Assembly (NCBI GenBank): GCA_034408725.1
Contig: JAWXCN010000173.1
Coordinates: 1-54,373 of the forward strand
Length of the DNA: 54,373 bases
Reading direction: 5' to 3'
Source: Candidatus Hydrogenedentota bacterium
GTDB taxonomy: Bacteria > Hydrogenedentota > Hydrogenedentia > Hydrogenedentales > SLHB01
Shown here: piece after piece, positions 8,847 to 19,934 of the stretch
Position numbering within the stretch: position 1 is the first letter of the stretch
Layout: each line of letters starts with the position of its first letter
Notes under the pieces: model-generated
What the model was told of the DNA's origin: nothing
What the model saw: the letters and a program-made list of their open reading frames with translations, nothing else
Databases searched by the model: none
Made by a program: the position numbers and the translations under genes

Positions 8847-9653
8847 TCAGGGATCGGGGTGCGCAACAGCGCGGCGCTGTTGCGCTTGCTTCGGAAGTGG
8901 AAAACTGGCAGGCCCGCGCACGAGAAAACCTATCGCGTGCACGAGCGACGTCGCCCACGCCAATGCGATTGCAGGCGAACCAATGGTTTCCAGCAACGGA
9001 CGCGCATTGGGCAAAGAAATGGAAACAAGCCCTGTAACACCCGCGACCGCGTACATTGCGGAGAGCGACAGCGTCGGTATGCGGCGGAAATACGAGGCAT
9101 ACCCCGCGCACAACATCAGGCATGTCACAAATATCGCGCCCCATTTCACACGAGTCCAATACATCAGCGTCAAGACCGATGCGTCTGGAATGTCAACGGA
9201 ATCTGGAGCCTTTGTCATGGCCAACAACTGCACGTTTTCAACGATGTCACCGGCGAGCATCGCCGCCGCAAGGCTCAATCCCAGCGCGAGGAACACGCGG
9301 AGTTTTAATAGTGTCGTTAACCGATAAAGCTGAAGCTGCGTGACGAAGTAAATGAGGCATGCGTTATATATGCTGTAGCAAACCATGAACGCGAAATCGT
9401 AATAGTTGGCGGTGTCAAGCTGCTTGCGCCGCGCCACCCCATCGGGTAAATGCGCCGGACCCAGGACCGCGAATACTTCCTCGCGTGACGCGGCCAATTC
9501 AAACCACAACATCGCGGAGCGAAACCCCTCGGGATTATGCGTGGAATGCGGCGGGAGTTCCGTGCCCGCGGCCGCGCGCATGACGATGACGGAAACTATG
9601 GTCGCGGCCCCGCTTAAAACTACCATCAGCGCGGCGCGTTTTCGGCGCTTCAT
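8847..9653 (-). CDS. Hypothetical multi-pass membrane protein
   Basis: 268-aa ORF with about 6 hydrophobic segments, filling the gap between recognised genes. Confidence 0.75.
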   Translation of the reverse strand: MKRRKRAALMVVLSGAATIVSVIVMRAAAGTELPPHSTHNPEGFRSAMLWFELAASREEVFAVLGPAHLPDGVARRKQLDTANYYDFAFMVCYSIYNACLIYFVTQLQLYRLTTLLKLRVFLALGLSLAAAMLAGDIVENVQLLAMTKAPDSVDIPDASVLTLMYWTRVKWGAIFVTCLMLCAGYASYFRRIPTLSLSAMYAVAGVTGLVSISLPNARPLLETIGSPAIALAWATSLVHAIGFLVRGPASFPLPKQAQQRRAVAHPDP

Positions 9654-9932
9654 TGTTGGCCCCCCGATGCACCCTCATTCACTACGGGAATTATACCGTA
9701 AACCTGGCGATTCGAAGAAAGTAACTCCTTGAGGCAACTCGCCCCCCAAAACTTCGACGAAGCATGGCGATCACAGGTATACAGAAACGCATAATAGGTA
9801 GTTGTGCGCATTCTGCACGCTGCAATCAGCGCTGGAATGACAGGAACTGCCGCAGGTAAGATGACGGCTCAACATGGGCCGATCCGTAATCTTATGGTGT
9901 GATGCGTAACGCGCGGCGCGAGGATTGTTTGA

Positions 9933-10958
9933 ATGGCTACAAGTCCCGTTGCATTGGAAGCAGACCTCGAACTGGCGGTCGAATTTGAACACAAAATGAA
10001 AGACCTCTGGACAGAACTGCACACGGTAATTGTCGGGCAGGATCCCATTTTGGCGTTGGTGCTCACCGTCCTTTTCGCGCGAGGCCACGCGCTTATCGTC
10101 GGCGTGCCGGGCCTGGCAAAGACCCTCCTTGTGAAAACCCTGGCCCAATGCCTCGGATGGAACTTCAAACGGATTCAGTTCACGCCGGACCTCATGCCCT
10201 CGGACATCACAGGCACCGAAATCCTGCAGACCGATTCCGCCACGGGCCAGCGTGTCATGACGTTTGTGCGCGGCCCGCTATTTGCAAATCTGGTGCTTGC
10301 GGACGAAATAAATCGCACACCGCCCAAGACGCAGGCCGCGCTGCTCGAGGCGATGCAGGAATTGACAGTCACCGCGGCAGGTACGACCTATCGTTTGGAC
10401 CCTCCATTTTTCGTGCTTGCAACGCAGAACCCGATCGAGCACGAAGGCACTTACCCGTTGCCGGAGGCCCAACTGGATCGGTTCATGTTCAGCATTAACA
10501 TCGGCTACCCAGATCGCGCCGATGAACTGCGTATCGTAAGCGAGACGACCACCACCGAACTTCCATCCGTGCGAACGGTCCTGGGCAAGGAGGATGTGCT
10601 TAGGTTTCAGGCGCTGGTGCGCCGGGTGCCGGTATCATCGCATGTGCTCGAATACGCGGTGGACCTCGCTCGCGCGTCACGCCCCGCGGGAGACGGCGCC
10701 CTCCCCTTCGTTCGTGAATATGTCGAGTGGGGAGCCGGCCCACGCGCGTCCCAGTACCTCGTGCTGGGCGCGAAGACCAACGCGCTGCTGAAAGGCCGAC
10801 CTTCGCCCTCGTGTGACGACGTCCGCGCCGTCGCCCGGCCAGTCTTGAGCCATCGCATCATTCCAAACTATAAGGCGGCGGGCGAAGGTATCACGCCGTC
10901 GAACGTCATCGAAATGCTGCTGAAAAACGTGAAGGAACCCGACTACAAGGGACGGTAG
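9933..10958 (+). CDS. moxR: MoxR family AAA+ ATPase
   Basis: GVPGLAKT Walker A, RIQFTPDLMPSD, LADEINRTPPKTQAALLEAM and YPLPEAQLDRF motifs. Confidence 0.96.
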   Translation: MATSPVALEADLELAVEFEHKMKDLWTELHTVIVGQDPILALVLTVLFARGHALIVGVPGLAKTLLVKTLAQCLGWNFKRIQFTPDLMPSDITGTEILQTDSATGQRVMTFVRGPLFANLVLADEINRTPPKTQAALLEAMQELTVTAAGTTYRLDPPFFVLATQNPIEHEGTYPLPEAQLDRFMFSINIGYPDRADELRIVSETTTTELPSVRTVLGKEDVLRFQALVRRVPVSSHVLEYAVDLARASRPAGDGALPFVREYVEWGAGPRASQYLVLGAKTNALLKGRPSPSCDDVRAVARPVLSHRIIPNYKAAGEGITPSNVIEMLLKNVKEPDYKGR

Positions 10959-10963
10959 CTGTC

Positions 10964-11953
10964 GTGGACCTTTCCCGCATCAAATCCCGCCAAAGTTCTC
11001 CTCCCCCGCTTCCCACCGCCGGCCGGGGCGGCGCGCAGCATCCTGAATGGAAATATTTGAGCCATGCAGAGCTGATGGGGTTAAAAAACCTGCTGTTCGC
11101 GGCGCGGCTCATTGTGGAAGGCGCGTACGCCGGGCGGCATCGTTCGCCGTACAAAGGTTCCGCGGCGGAGTTCGTCGATTATCGCGAATACTATCCCGGC
11201 GACGAAATTCGCACGATAGACTGGAAGGCCTTTGCGCGCACGGACCGCTATTTCGTCAAACTGTTTGAACGGGAAACGGACATGGCATGCCACGTCGTAG
11301 TGGATCGCAGCGCGTCCATGGGGTACGGAGGCAAGGCCTTCAATGCATTTTTCCCAACGAAAGAAATTTCCAAACTCGATTACGCATCCTACCTTGCCGC
11401 GGCCATTGCGTACCTGCTGGTAAAACAGGGCGACCGGGTCGGCCTGACGCTGTTTGACGAAAAAATTACCGCGAACATTCCCGCGGGCAGCACGTTCCCT
11501 CATCTCTACGGCATTCTCAATTTGCTCGAACGGCAAAAGCCGGGCAGGAAAACCTCCGTTGCGCGCGCGTTGCACGATGTGTTCGCGCTGCACAAACGCC
11601 GGGGAATGTTGATCCTCATCAGTGACCTGCTCGACGATCCCGTGTCTGTTTTCCAGTCGCTCGATATGTTCCGGCATCGGCGTTTCGAAGTGGTCCTCTT
11701 CCATGTCTTGCACCGATATGAACTCACGTTGCCGCCGTTGGACAGCGTGAACTTTATCGACGCCGAAAACGGCGAAGTGCTTACAGCGCGCCCGGAAGAC
11801 ATCGGAACGTCGTATGAACGTGAGCTGCGCGCCTATCTGGACGCGATGGCCGCGGGAGCGCGGGCGCGCGGTATCGAATATAATTTGGTCAGTACGGCCA
11901 TGCCCTACGCGGCCGCGCTGCAAAAATACCTGTTACACCGGGGAGCTCGGTAA
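10964..11953 (+). CDS. DUF58 domain protein (VWA-like)
   Basis: G.HRS...G...EF.DYREY.PGD..R.IDWK and DRSASM motifs; follows moxR. Confidence 0.93.
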   Translation: MDLSRIKSRQSSPPPLPTAGRGGAQHPEWKYLSHAELMGLKNLLFAARLIVEGAYAGRHRSPYKGSAAEFVDYREYYPGDEIRTIDWKAFARTDRYFVKLFERETDMACHVVVDRSASMGYGGKAFNAFFPTKEISKLDYASYLAAAIAYLLVKQGDRVGLTLFDEKITANIPAGSTFPHLYGILNLLERQKPGRKTSVARALHDVFALHKRRGMLILISDLLDDPVSVFQSLDMFRHRRFEVVLFHVLHRYELTLPPLDSVNFIDAENGEVLTARPEDIGTSYERELRAYLDAMAAGARARGIEYNLVSTAMPYAAALQKYLLHRGAR

Positions 11954-11955
11954 CG

Positions 11956-14100
11956 GTGGGCGGCTGGACACTTGCGTGGACCAACGCGGCGCTCGCCATC
12001 GGCGCGTGGGCAGTCGCGGCGCCTTTCATCGTCCACATGATGACCAGGCGGACACCGCGCACGCTGGTGTTTCCCACGCTCCAGTTTTTGAAGCGCGCGC
12101 ATGCCAGCCAGTCCCGGTTGTTTCGCATGCGCGACATCATTCTGCTGATTGTCCGTACCGCGTTCATCACCTTGCTGCTCCTGGCATTCCTCAAACCCGT
12201 GTTACGCGCGCGCGCCATGACCGATGCAGGACAGCAACAGCAAGCCGCGATCATCGTGGTGGACTCTTCGTTGAGCATGCAGTACAACGCGGGTGGAGTG
12301 ACGCCATACGCGCGCGCACAACGCGTTGTATCTGATTTGTTGGACCACATCCCGTCGTCCGCCGCCACGAACGTGATTTTCGCGAGCGCGTCGGCCAAGC
12401 CATCTCTCGCTACTCCAGGGTCGAGCGCCGCCCCGCTGTTGCGAGACGTGCAGGCTTCCGCGCCAACTCTTGAACGCGGCGATATCGGGGCCGCCATAGA
12501 CGAGGCTGTGAACCAGCTCGATGCGTTCCCAAATCACGCGCGCACGATATATTTGGTTTCGGACTTTCAACGCACAAACTGGGCTGCCGCGCCTTTCGGC
12601 GCAATCCCCGATGATGTCAAACTGGTATTTTCGCCTGTCGGCGAGGCATCAGCGTCAAACGCCGCAATCACGAATGTAATGCTGCGCCCCAGGTCGCCCG
12701 TGGTGTCCGAAATGATCGAAATCGTTTGTTCCGTCGCCAACTATGGGCCTTCGGCCATCGACATCACCGTTACGCTGGAAATGGACCGTATTGGAGAGGT
12801 ACCTGCGCAAACGCCCGAAAGCGTTGACACCCTTCAACGTCAAATCCGTCTCGCGCCGGCCTCCTCTGGCTCGGTGAGTTTCCGGTTGCGCGCAACGGAC
12901 ACCGGATCGTTTGAGGGACATCTGCGAATTCCGGATGACAATCTGAGCGCTGACAACGATCGTTTTTTTGTGTTCGACGTGCAAAACCAAATCGACGTGC
13001 TCCTTGTGAGCGATGCCACCCGCGAAGCCCAGAGCAGCGGGTATTTTGTGTTGCGCGCGTTGGACCCGTTTGCCCTGGATACCGGCACGCCGCATGCCTC
13101 AACCGTTCGCGCTCGTGAATGCAGAGCGCGTGACCTTGATCTGCCCTCTGCACAACCGCAGGTGCTGGTGTTGGACGGCGCCGGTCCACTTCCCACGCGC
13201 TCCGCCGAACAGATCGCGGCGTATCTCGCTGATGGTGGGGCAATGGTCTATTTCCTGTCCGATGTGTTGGACAAAAGCAATCTGGACGCTATCGCGTCCG
13301 CCTCGAAGACAACTTTTTCATTGCCATTCACGTTGACGTCGATGATCAACCATCGCGCGTTAGGCAGCGAATCAGCGTCATGGACGAACGCAAACTTTGA
13401 AGAGCCGGTGTTACGCCGCTTCAGAGACGGACGCGACGTCGCGAATCTTCTCTTCTATCAATATTTTGGCACCGAGCGGGTACAAGGACGCGGCCAGGTC
13501 TTTGCGCGGTACGGCGACGGAAATTTTGCGCTGGGCAAAGGCGCGCTCGGCGCGGGTTCGATTCTTTTGTGCAATTTCTCCGCCGCGCGAGACGCAAGTG
13601 ATATCGCGACGCGCCCCGCGTTCATTCCGTTGATCCACGAAATGATCAAGAGCATGCGCCCGCAGGAAGGCGCTGTTTCACGCGCAATCGCAGGCGAAGC
13701 CGCGTCCGGGTCGGTCCCGGCATCGGCAAGCGCGACCGGCGTGCAGTTTTTTGCGCCATCGGGCAAAACAGTCAGTGCGAACACGGACCGCCGGGGCGAG
13801 CGGCTGTCCGTTATTCTCTCGGAAGTAGATGAACAGGGTTTCTATCGCGTGATGGAAGGCTCGCACCATTTGGGTTCGCTTCCTGTAAACGTCGATGCGC
13901 GCGAGAGCGACCTTCTCGCGCTGTCGAACCACGAGCTCGAGCAACTGGCGGCTTCGCCTAAACGCAAAATGGCGGCAGCTTCTGGACGGGACGCCATAGA
14001 AGCATTGATGGACGGCGTGCCTATTTGGCCGTACCTGCTATTGGGCGCCATGTGCGTGCTGGGATGCGAACAGGCGCTACTGCTCATGCTTAAGAAGTAA
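11956..14100 (+). CDS. BatA domain / VWA membrane protein
   Basis: N-terminal double-TM BatA motif (PFIVH...FPTLQFL...LLLAFLKP), MIDAS DSSLS, NVD.RESDL and a C-terminal TM helix. Confidence 0.85.
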   Translation: MGGWTLAWTNAALAIGAWAVAAPFIVHMMTRRTPRTLVFPTLQFLKRAHASQSRLFRMRDIILLIVRTAFITLLLLAFLKPVLRARAMTDAGQQQQAAIIVVDSSLSMQYNAGGVTPYARAQRVVSDLLDHIPSSAATNVIFASASAKPSLATPGSSAAPLLRDVQASAPTLERGDIGAAIDEAVNQLDAFPNHARTIYLVSDFQRTNWAAAPFGAIPDDVKLVFSPVGEASASNAAITNVMLRPRSPVVSEMIEIVCSVANYGPSAIDITVTLEMDRIGEVPAQTPESVDTLQRQIRLAPASSGSVSFRLRATDTGSFEGHLRIPDDNLSADNDRFFVFDVQNQIDVLLVSDATREAQSSGYFVLRALDPFALDTGTPHASTVRARECRARDLDLPSAQPQVLVLDGAGPLPTRSAEQIAAYLADGGAMVYFLSDVLDKSNLDAIASASKTTFSLPFTLTSMINHRALGSESASWTNANFEEPVLRRFRDGRDVANLLFYQYFGTERVQGRGQVFARYGDGNFALGKGALGAGSILLCNFSAARDASDIATRPAFIPLIHEMIKSMRPQEGAVSRAIAGEAASGSVPASASATGVQFFAPSGKTVSANTDRRGERLSVILSEVDEQGFYRVMEGSHHLGSLPVNVDARESDLLALSNHELEQLAASPKRKMAAASGRDAIEALMDGVPIWPYLLLGAMCVLGCEQALLLMLKK

Positions 14101-14101
14101 C

Positions 14102-16342
14102 ATGTTTTCCGTCGGCGACATATCGTTTCATCCCCTGTTCCCGGTTTCCGCCCTTGCCGGACTGGCCGCCGTGATCATGTTTCTGACCGTCGCGGCGTAT
14201 TGGCGCGCCCGCGCCCACCGCTCTGGCCGGCTTGGACTCGCACTGCTCAGGTGCATATCGGTCTTTGCGTTGATGGTGTTGCTCATGCGGCCAATGCGGG
14301 CGGAATCGGCCACGCAAGAAGGGCAAGCGCCAATATTGGCAGTGGTCGTGGATCAGTCGGCGAGCATGAAAACGGAAGACGTAAACGGGGCCACTCGCGA
14401 CGCGGCAGTGCGTGAAGCGATCACCGCGTCGCGCGCGGTATTCGAGCGTGACCTCGCCGCAAACTATGTCGTCAAATACTTCACCTTTTCCAATGGCGCC
14501 GATCCTGTCGTACTAGACGAATTGCTCACGGGACGCCAGCCCTCCGGCGATGGCACCGACCTCTCCACCGCGCTGATGGAAACCGCGACCGTGCCGGCGA
14601 ACCGTAAACTCGCGGGGCTCGTGCTCTTCTCCGACGGTCGCGACAACGCGGGCGGAGACGTCCAACGCGCGGCAACATATTTGAAAGGTATGTCCGCCGG
14701 CATTTGGACCGTGCCCGTGGGGTCAGTGACCGAATCGAATGACCTATACGTGACGGCCCGGTTGAAACAAAGCTATCTCTATGTCAACCAAACGGGCGCA
14801 ATCAACGTCACCTTGTCGCATGCCGGCTTTCAGGAACAGTACGCCAACGTGTCGTTGTACCGGGACGATTTGGTTGTCGCGAATGAGAAAGTTGTCTTAA
14901 CCGAACGCGGAGCAACCATTGACTTCCCCGTGAAGGAACAGCATAAGGGCGTGTTTCGCTATAAGGTCGCCGTCACGCCGTTCGAGGGCGAGAGCGATAC
15001 CCGGAACAACGAGCGCACCGTATTTGCGCGCGTCGTCGATGAGAAAACGAAAGTGCTTCTTGTCGAGGCGCGTCCCTACTGGGACAGCAAATTCCTTTTA
15101 CGCGCCTTGCAACACGATCCGAATATCGAAGTGACCTCGGTATTTCAGCTCACGGCGGACAAGATAATTGCGATAGCGGAAAAATCTACGGCCGATCCAA
15201 CGGTAAAGTCGAATGTTTCAGACGGCATCGCGCTCCCGAGGACACGGGATGAATTGTTTTACTACGACTGCCTGATTCTAGGCAAAGGCGTAGACCAACT
15301 GCTCACCGCGGAACAACTCGCATTGGTGCGGGATTTCGTACGTGAACGCGGCGGTGGCGTCATTTTTGCCCGTGCCCGCTCGTACGGTTTTGACAACGAA
15401 GCCTTGGCCGCGCTCGAACCACTCGTATGGCAGCGCGATTCGGTGCATGGTGAGCGGTTCGAACTTACTCCGGAAGGAAAAATGAACCCGGCCTTCCTGT
15501 TTGGCGCATCCGTGCCTGCGGACGTGGTCATTCGCGAGTTACCGGAAATGGTCAGTGTTACCAAGGTGGCGCAGGAAAAATCGTTGTCTGTCGTGCTCGC
15601 GCGCAGTGCAGGCGATAACGAGGAAATGGCCATCATTGCCTATCAACGATATGGCAAGGGTAAAGTAATGAGTGTCGGCGCGACGGGACTTTGGCGCTGG
15701 GCGATCATGCCGCAAGCCCTCGCGCAGCATGATGACATTTACGCCCGGTTCTGGGGCCAGATGGTCCGGTGGCTCGTATCGGAATCTGATTTCCTACCAG
15801 GACAGGAAATTGCCTTCCGCACCGACCGGTACACCTACAATCTTGGCGACGTGGTCCGGTTCGTGGTGCGCACAAAATTCGTCGACGCCGGAGAATTTAC
15901 GCCAAAAGTTTCCGTGAATTCTGCCGCGGGCAAACAAACCTTCATTTCGCTGGAGCCTGATCTGTCTGCGCCGGGCTCCTACTCCGCCGGCTATCTACCG
16001 GATGAGGAAGGCGAATTCGACGCGACACTTGTCGACTTGCCGGCGTCGATTGATGCCAGCGCGGCTGAAATGGCGCGATTCACGGTGTATTCGGATAGCG
16101 TTGAAAGCCGGTTTGTCTCTGCTGACCCGGCGTTGCTCGATGATATTGCCGCATTGACCGGTGGCCGGTCGCTGGCCCTGGATGAACTCGACGCCTTGCC
16201 GGGGTTGGTGACGCAATACGAACGGCTCACCCGCATGGAACAAAAGCATGTGGACATCTGGGACCGGCTAGGAGTCTTTACCACTATCGTTGCCATTCTC
16301 GCCATTGAATGGTTCATTCGCAGGCGGAGCGGATTGGTATGA
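14102..16342 (+). CDS. VWA and glutamine-amidotransferase-like domain membrane protein
   Basis: Two N-terminal TM helices, DQSAS MIDAS, SDGRDN, YGKGKV...LWRW and a C-terminal EWFIRRRSGL typical of MoxR-operon membrane proteins. Confidence 0.8.
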   Translation: MFSVGDISFHPLFPVSALAGLAAVIMFLTVAAYWRARAHRSGRLGLALLRCISVFALMVLLMRPMRAESATQEGQAPILAVVVDQSASMKTEDVNGATRDAAVREAITASRAVFERDLAANYVVKYFTFSNGADPVVLDELLTGRQPSGDGTDLSTALMETATVPANRKLAGLVLFSDGRDNAGGDVQRAATYLKGMSAGIWTVPVGSVTESNDLYVTARLKQSYLYVNQTGAINVTLSHAGFQEQYANVSLYRDDLVVANEKVVLTERGATIDFPVKEQHKGVFRYKVAVTPFEGESDTRNNERTVFARVVDEKTKVLLVEARPYWDSKFLLRALQHDPNIEVTSVFQLTADKIIAIAEKSTADPTVKSNVSDGIALPRTRDELFYYDCLILGKGVDQLLTAEQLALVRDFVRERGGGVIFARARSYGFDNEALAALEPLVWQRDSVHGERFELTPEGKMNPAFLFGASVPADVVIRELPEMVSVTKVAQEKSLSVVLARSAGDNEEMAIIAYQRYGKGKVMSVGATGLWRWAIMPQALAQHDDIYARFWGQMVRWLVSESDFLPGQEIAFRTDRYTYNLGDVVRFVVRTKFVDAGEFTPKVSVNSAAGKQTFISLEPDLSAPGSYSAGYLPDEEGEFDATLVDLPASIDASAAEMARFTVYSDSVESRFVSADPALLDDIAALTGGRSLALDELDALPGLVTQYERLTRMEQKHVDIWDRLGVFTTIVAILAIEWFIRRRSGLV

Positions 16343-16403
16343 GCGCGTCCAATTGCACCGCCCTGTTCCTGTACACTATATGCACAAATCAGGCTGTAAT
16401 GTG

Positions 16404-19232
16404 ATGACGACAGACACGCTTACCCTTTCACAAACCGTCGGGCGATATGCCTCGTCGCGCCGCCGCCGCATTGGCGCCCTGGCATTGGTGCGCGCCGCGT
16501 GGGTCCTCATCGCAATCGTGCTTGCGCTTGTGTACGCCGACGTACTGCTGCAACTCTCCGGTCCTCCGCGGCTCGCGCTGCTATGCGCAGGCATCGCGGG
16601 CGTGTCGCTATGCGCGGCGTTGACGTATTGCCGCCAAGCGCGCGCATCGTCGGAACAACGGCTCGTGGCGCGTCTCCTCGAACAGAGCGACGCGACGCTT
16701 GGCAATGATCTGGTGAATGCGCTCGAGTTTGAAGAGATGCTTTACCTCGATGCGCCGACTCGGGCATCGCGCCCCCTAATGCGGGAAGAAGTCCGCCTCG
16801 CCTCGGGCAAGGCCGCGCACGTTACGCATACCGAAACACTTTCGCCGCCCGCATTGCACAAAGAATCGTATGTGCTCGCCGGAATCGCAGTATTCATGGC
16901 CCTGTCTGTACTCGTGTTCACGGGCGTGTTTCAGGCCGTGCTTCCTCGCTATCTCGATCCATTCGGAGATCATCCGCCGTACAGTCCGACACGGCTCCTC
17001 ATGGCCCCCGAGGGCCTCAAGGTTGATTTTGGATCAAATGCGGAAATACGGGCGGAAACTTCGGGCCTAAAACCGGAAGAAGTCTCATTGATCCTGGAAA
17101 ACAAAGACGGAGTCGTCATCCAGGAGCTACCCATGGCGCGCGTATCGGATACGTCGTTCGCACACACCATCGAACATGTAACGTCCGATTATGTGTATCA
17201 CGCGCGCGTTGACCGGGGCCGGAGTAAGCGACATCCGCTGAGCATCAGCAAATTGCCGCGCATTGCCAACGTGAACGTACACTTTCAATATCCCGCGTAC
17301 ACGTTCTTACCGCCAAAAACCCGGCAACTGGGCGATCCGGGAATCATCCGCGCATACCCCGGCACGAATGCCACGTTATCCATCTCATCCAATCGCCCGC
17401 TGAAAAAGGGATCATTCAGCATTGACGAATTGCAGGCCTCATTTGGACCAACGACTGATCCCCAGACGGCGGAAGGAACATTCACTTTGGAGGGGCCCGC
17501 GCAACTTGAAGCGCGCCTCACGGACGTCGAGGGCAACGTGGGAGCGGAAGTATTCCGGGCGCGTGTAGAGGTTCAGGCGGACGAAAAGCCGGAAATCGTC
17601 ATCACCGTGCCAGGCCGGCAGTCGTTCGCAATTCCAAGTGCGGAAGTGCCCATACAGATCGAGGCGCGCGACGATCTCGGTGTTGCTTCCATCACACTCT
17701 TTCGAGGATTGAACCGTTCCGGAGACACACCCAAACAGGTATTTACGAGCAATGGCGGTGAAGTTCTGGCCAACGCCGTGGAACTGCTTGACCTCAACGA
17801 CCTCGGCGTCCGTCCGGGAGACGTGATTGATATTTATGCTACCGCGGTGGATACCCTGCCGCTGACACCACAAACTCAGTCGACACCAGCACACCAAATC
17901 ACCATCATTTCCGAGGAACAGTACCGGGCGTTTCAACAACAGGAAACGACTGCGGACGACTTGAAAGAAAAGTATGACGCGCTACAGAGCGCGATGGACG
18001 GCATTGCATCGGAACAAAAAAACATTGAAGCCGAAACGCGCGCCCTGCGGGAAGCGTTGGGAAACGCGCCAGCCGCCAACGATGCGATTCAGCGTCAACT
18101 TTCAGAACTGGCCGCGCGACAGTCCGCGTTGGCGGAACAGACGGCGAAAGCCGCGGAACAGTTTCGCCAGGAAGCGGCGGCGCCCGCGGTGTTCGACATC
18201 GAGAAAGAATTTAAAAAGACTTTGGGCGAAACGGCCGCACGGCTCGAGCGCGCGCGCGATCTGATGGCCAACAGCGCGGAACAGTTGGGTCAAGCGGCGG
18301 ATGCCAAAGCCGCCAGCCCCGGCCAAACCGCCGGAGACGCCGCGAAGAACCAGCAATTGGCGCTCGATGAACTCGGCCAGGGGAAAAAGGATTACGCGGA
18401 GAAGATTCAAAAACCCGCCGATGAGATCGCGAAAATGTACAAGCTGCTCGAGGACGTTGAAACGTTCAAGGCCATTCACGGCGCGCAGTCGGATCTCGAG
18501 CGGCAGGCGCGGTCCTATCGCGACGTGCGAAGCCCGTCGCTTGACCAACACGTACGTCTGAAGGAACTGGGCCAGGCGCAGAAAGAAATTCGCGGAGCGA
18601 TTATCGATCTGAAATCCGATTTGGCGAAACACGCCGCCGAAATCGAAGTCGAATTGCCGAATGTGGGCCGCGACGCACGTGGTATTGTCGACGGAATCGA
18701 TGGACGAAACATTCCGACGGTCATGGAACAGGCCATGGGCGGCCTGTCGAAAGGCGACGGCCAGAGCGGTCACGAGAAAGCTGATGAGGCAGCGCGTCTG
18801 TTGGACCAGATGATCGAACGGGTGGAACAGGCACAGGGATCGAGTTCGGAATCAGAATCGCGGCTGCGGATTACTATGGGCCTCGACGCCGGCAATACAA
18901 TGGCCCAGATGCAAAACAGCGTTAAGCCAGGGTTTATGCCAAGCCCGGGCGGCATGGCTGGAAATGGCAGTCAAAGCGCCGCGCCCATTGATATGTTTGG
19001 CCCCGAGGGCCAAAAGGGAAAGGCGACTGAGGAAAGCGCGATGTCGCGGACAAAGGCAAATGCGAATGCCCGCGCCGCGGAGGGTGTTGCAACGATCGCG
19101 GGAAGCCTCGAAGAAATCGAAACGCCGCAGGAAAACGAATTAAACGTGGAAACAGGCCCCGCCGAGCCAGTCGTGGAAGAGTACCGGGCCATTATCGATG
19201 CTTATTTTGAACGCATCGCGGACGAACAATAA
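16404..19232 (+). CDS. Large membrane-anchored coiled-coil protein (DUF4175-like)
   Basis: Three N-terminal TM helices, Ig-like region (P.YT..P, D..P, ARDDLG), long Q/E/A-rich coiled coil, C-terminal EYR..I..YF. Start uncertain. Confidence 0.75.
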   Translation: MTTDTLTLSQTVGRYASSRRRRIGALALVRAAWVLIAIVLALVYADVLLQLSGPPRLALLCAGIAGVSLCAALTYCRQARASSEQRLVARLLEQSDATLGNDLVNALEFEEMLYLDAPTRASRPLMREEVRLASGKAAHVTHTETLSPPALHKESYVLAGIAVFMALSVLVFTGVFQAVLPRYLDPFGDHPPYSPTRLLMAPEGLKVDFGSNAEIRAETSGLKPEEVSLILENKDGVVIQELPMARVSDTSFAHTIEHVTSDYVYHARVDRGRSKRHPLSISKLPRIANVNVHFQYPAYTFLPPKTRQLGDPGIIRAYPGTNATLSISSNRPLKKGSFSIDELQASFGPTTDPQTAEGTFTLEGPAQLEARLTDVEGNVGAEVFRARVEVQADEKPEIVITVPGRQSFAIPSAEVPIQIEARDDLGVASITLFRGLNRSGDTPKQVFTSNGGEVLANAVELLDLNDLGVRPGDVIDIYATAVDTLPLTPQTQSTPAHQITIISEEQYRAFQQQETTADDLKEKYDALQSAMDGIASEQKNIEAETRALREALGNAPAANDAIQRQLSELAARQSALAEQTAKAAEQFRQEAAAPAVFDIEKEFKKTLGETAARLERARDLMANSAEQLGQAADAKAASPGQTAGDAAKNQQLALDELGQGKKDYAEKIQKPADEIAKMYKLLEDVETFKAIHGAQSDLERQARSYRDVRSPSLDQHVRLKELGQAQKEIRGAIIDLKSDLAKHAAEIEVELPNVGRDARGIVDGIDGRNIPTVMEQAMGGLSKGDGQSGHEKADEAARLLDQMIERVEQAQGSSSESESRLRITMGLDAGNTMAQMQNSVKPGFMPSPGGMAGNGSQSAAPIDMFGPEGQKGKATEESAMSRTKANANARAAEGVATIAGSLEEIETPQENELNVETGPAEPVVEEYRAIIDAYFERIADEQ

Positions 19233-19933
19233 TGATTACGTGCAGACGATTCAAAAACATGCTTGCCGCCTTTTGCGCAATGGTGGCCATTGGCATGGCG
19301 CCCACGCATACGCCGGTGATCGCAGCGGAAAACAGTGAAACGAATCCGCGCCTCGAACTCGTGCAATGCGCCAACCTTGTGTACGCCGGATCAAAAAGTT
19401 CCCGCTGTTTCAGCGACAAGTTCATGCGGGAGCTCAGCGATATAACGTTTATCGACGCGGACGCCGCGTTCACCCCAGTCAAAGCCGGCACGGACGAATT
19501 GTTCAATTACCCGTTTTCAATCATGACGGGGGAAGGCAATTTCTCCCTGTTCGAGGAGGAGCGCAAAAACATTAAGTCGTACCTGGAACGCGGCGGCTTT
19601 CTTTTGGCATCCGCTGGCTGCTCGTCACCGGAATGGGACCGTTCCTTTCGCCGCGAGTTCAAGCTTATGTATCCGGACACTGAACTGAAGAAAATCCCGA
19701 TGGAGCACGCGCTCTTTCAGTCGGTGTACGACGTAAAACGCATTCGCCTGAAGAACGGCGGCACTACGCTGCTGGAAGGGTTCGAGCTGAACGGAAAGAT
19801 CGTGCTGATATATTCGTCGGAAGGACTGAATGACGTACCGAGCGTCCAGGGTTGCTGTTGTTGCGGCGGAAATGAAATTCAGAATTCCAAAGAAATTAAC
19901 TCGAACATCATCGCCTACGCGTTGACACACTGA
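19232..19933 (+). CDS. DUF4159 domain protein, exported, with C-terminal CCCC
   Basis: YPF..MTGEG.F, YLERGGFL and H.LF motifs; N-terminal signal; GCCCCGGNE. Confidence 0.85.
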   Translation: MITCRRFKNMLAAFCAMVAIGMAPTHTPVIAAENSETNPRLELVQCANLVYAGSKSSRCFSDKFMRELSDITFIDADAAFTPVKAGTDELFNYPFSIMTGEGNFSLFEEERKNIKSYLERGGFLLASAGCSSPEWDRSFRREFKLMYPDTELKKIPMEHALFQSVYDVKRIRLKNGGTTLLEGFELNGKIVLIYSSEGLNDVPSVQGCCCCGGNEIQNSKEINSNIIAYALTH

Positions 19934-19934
19934 T

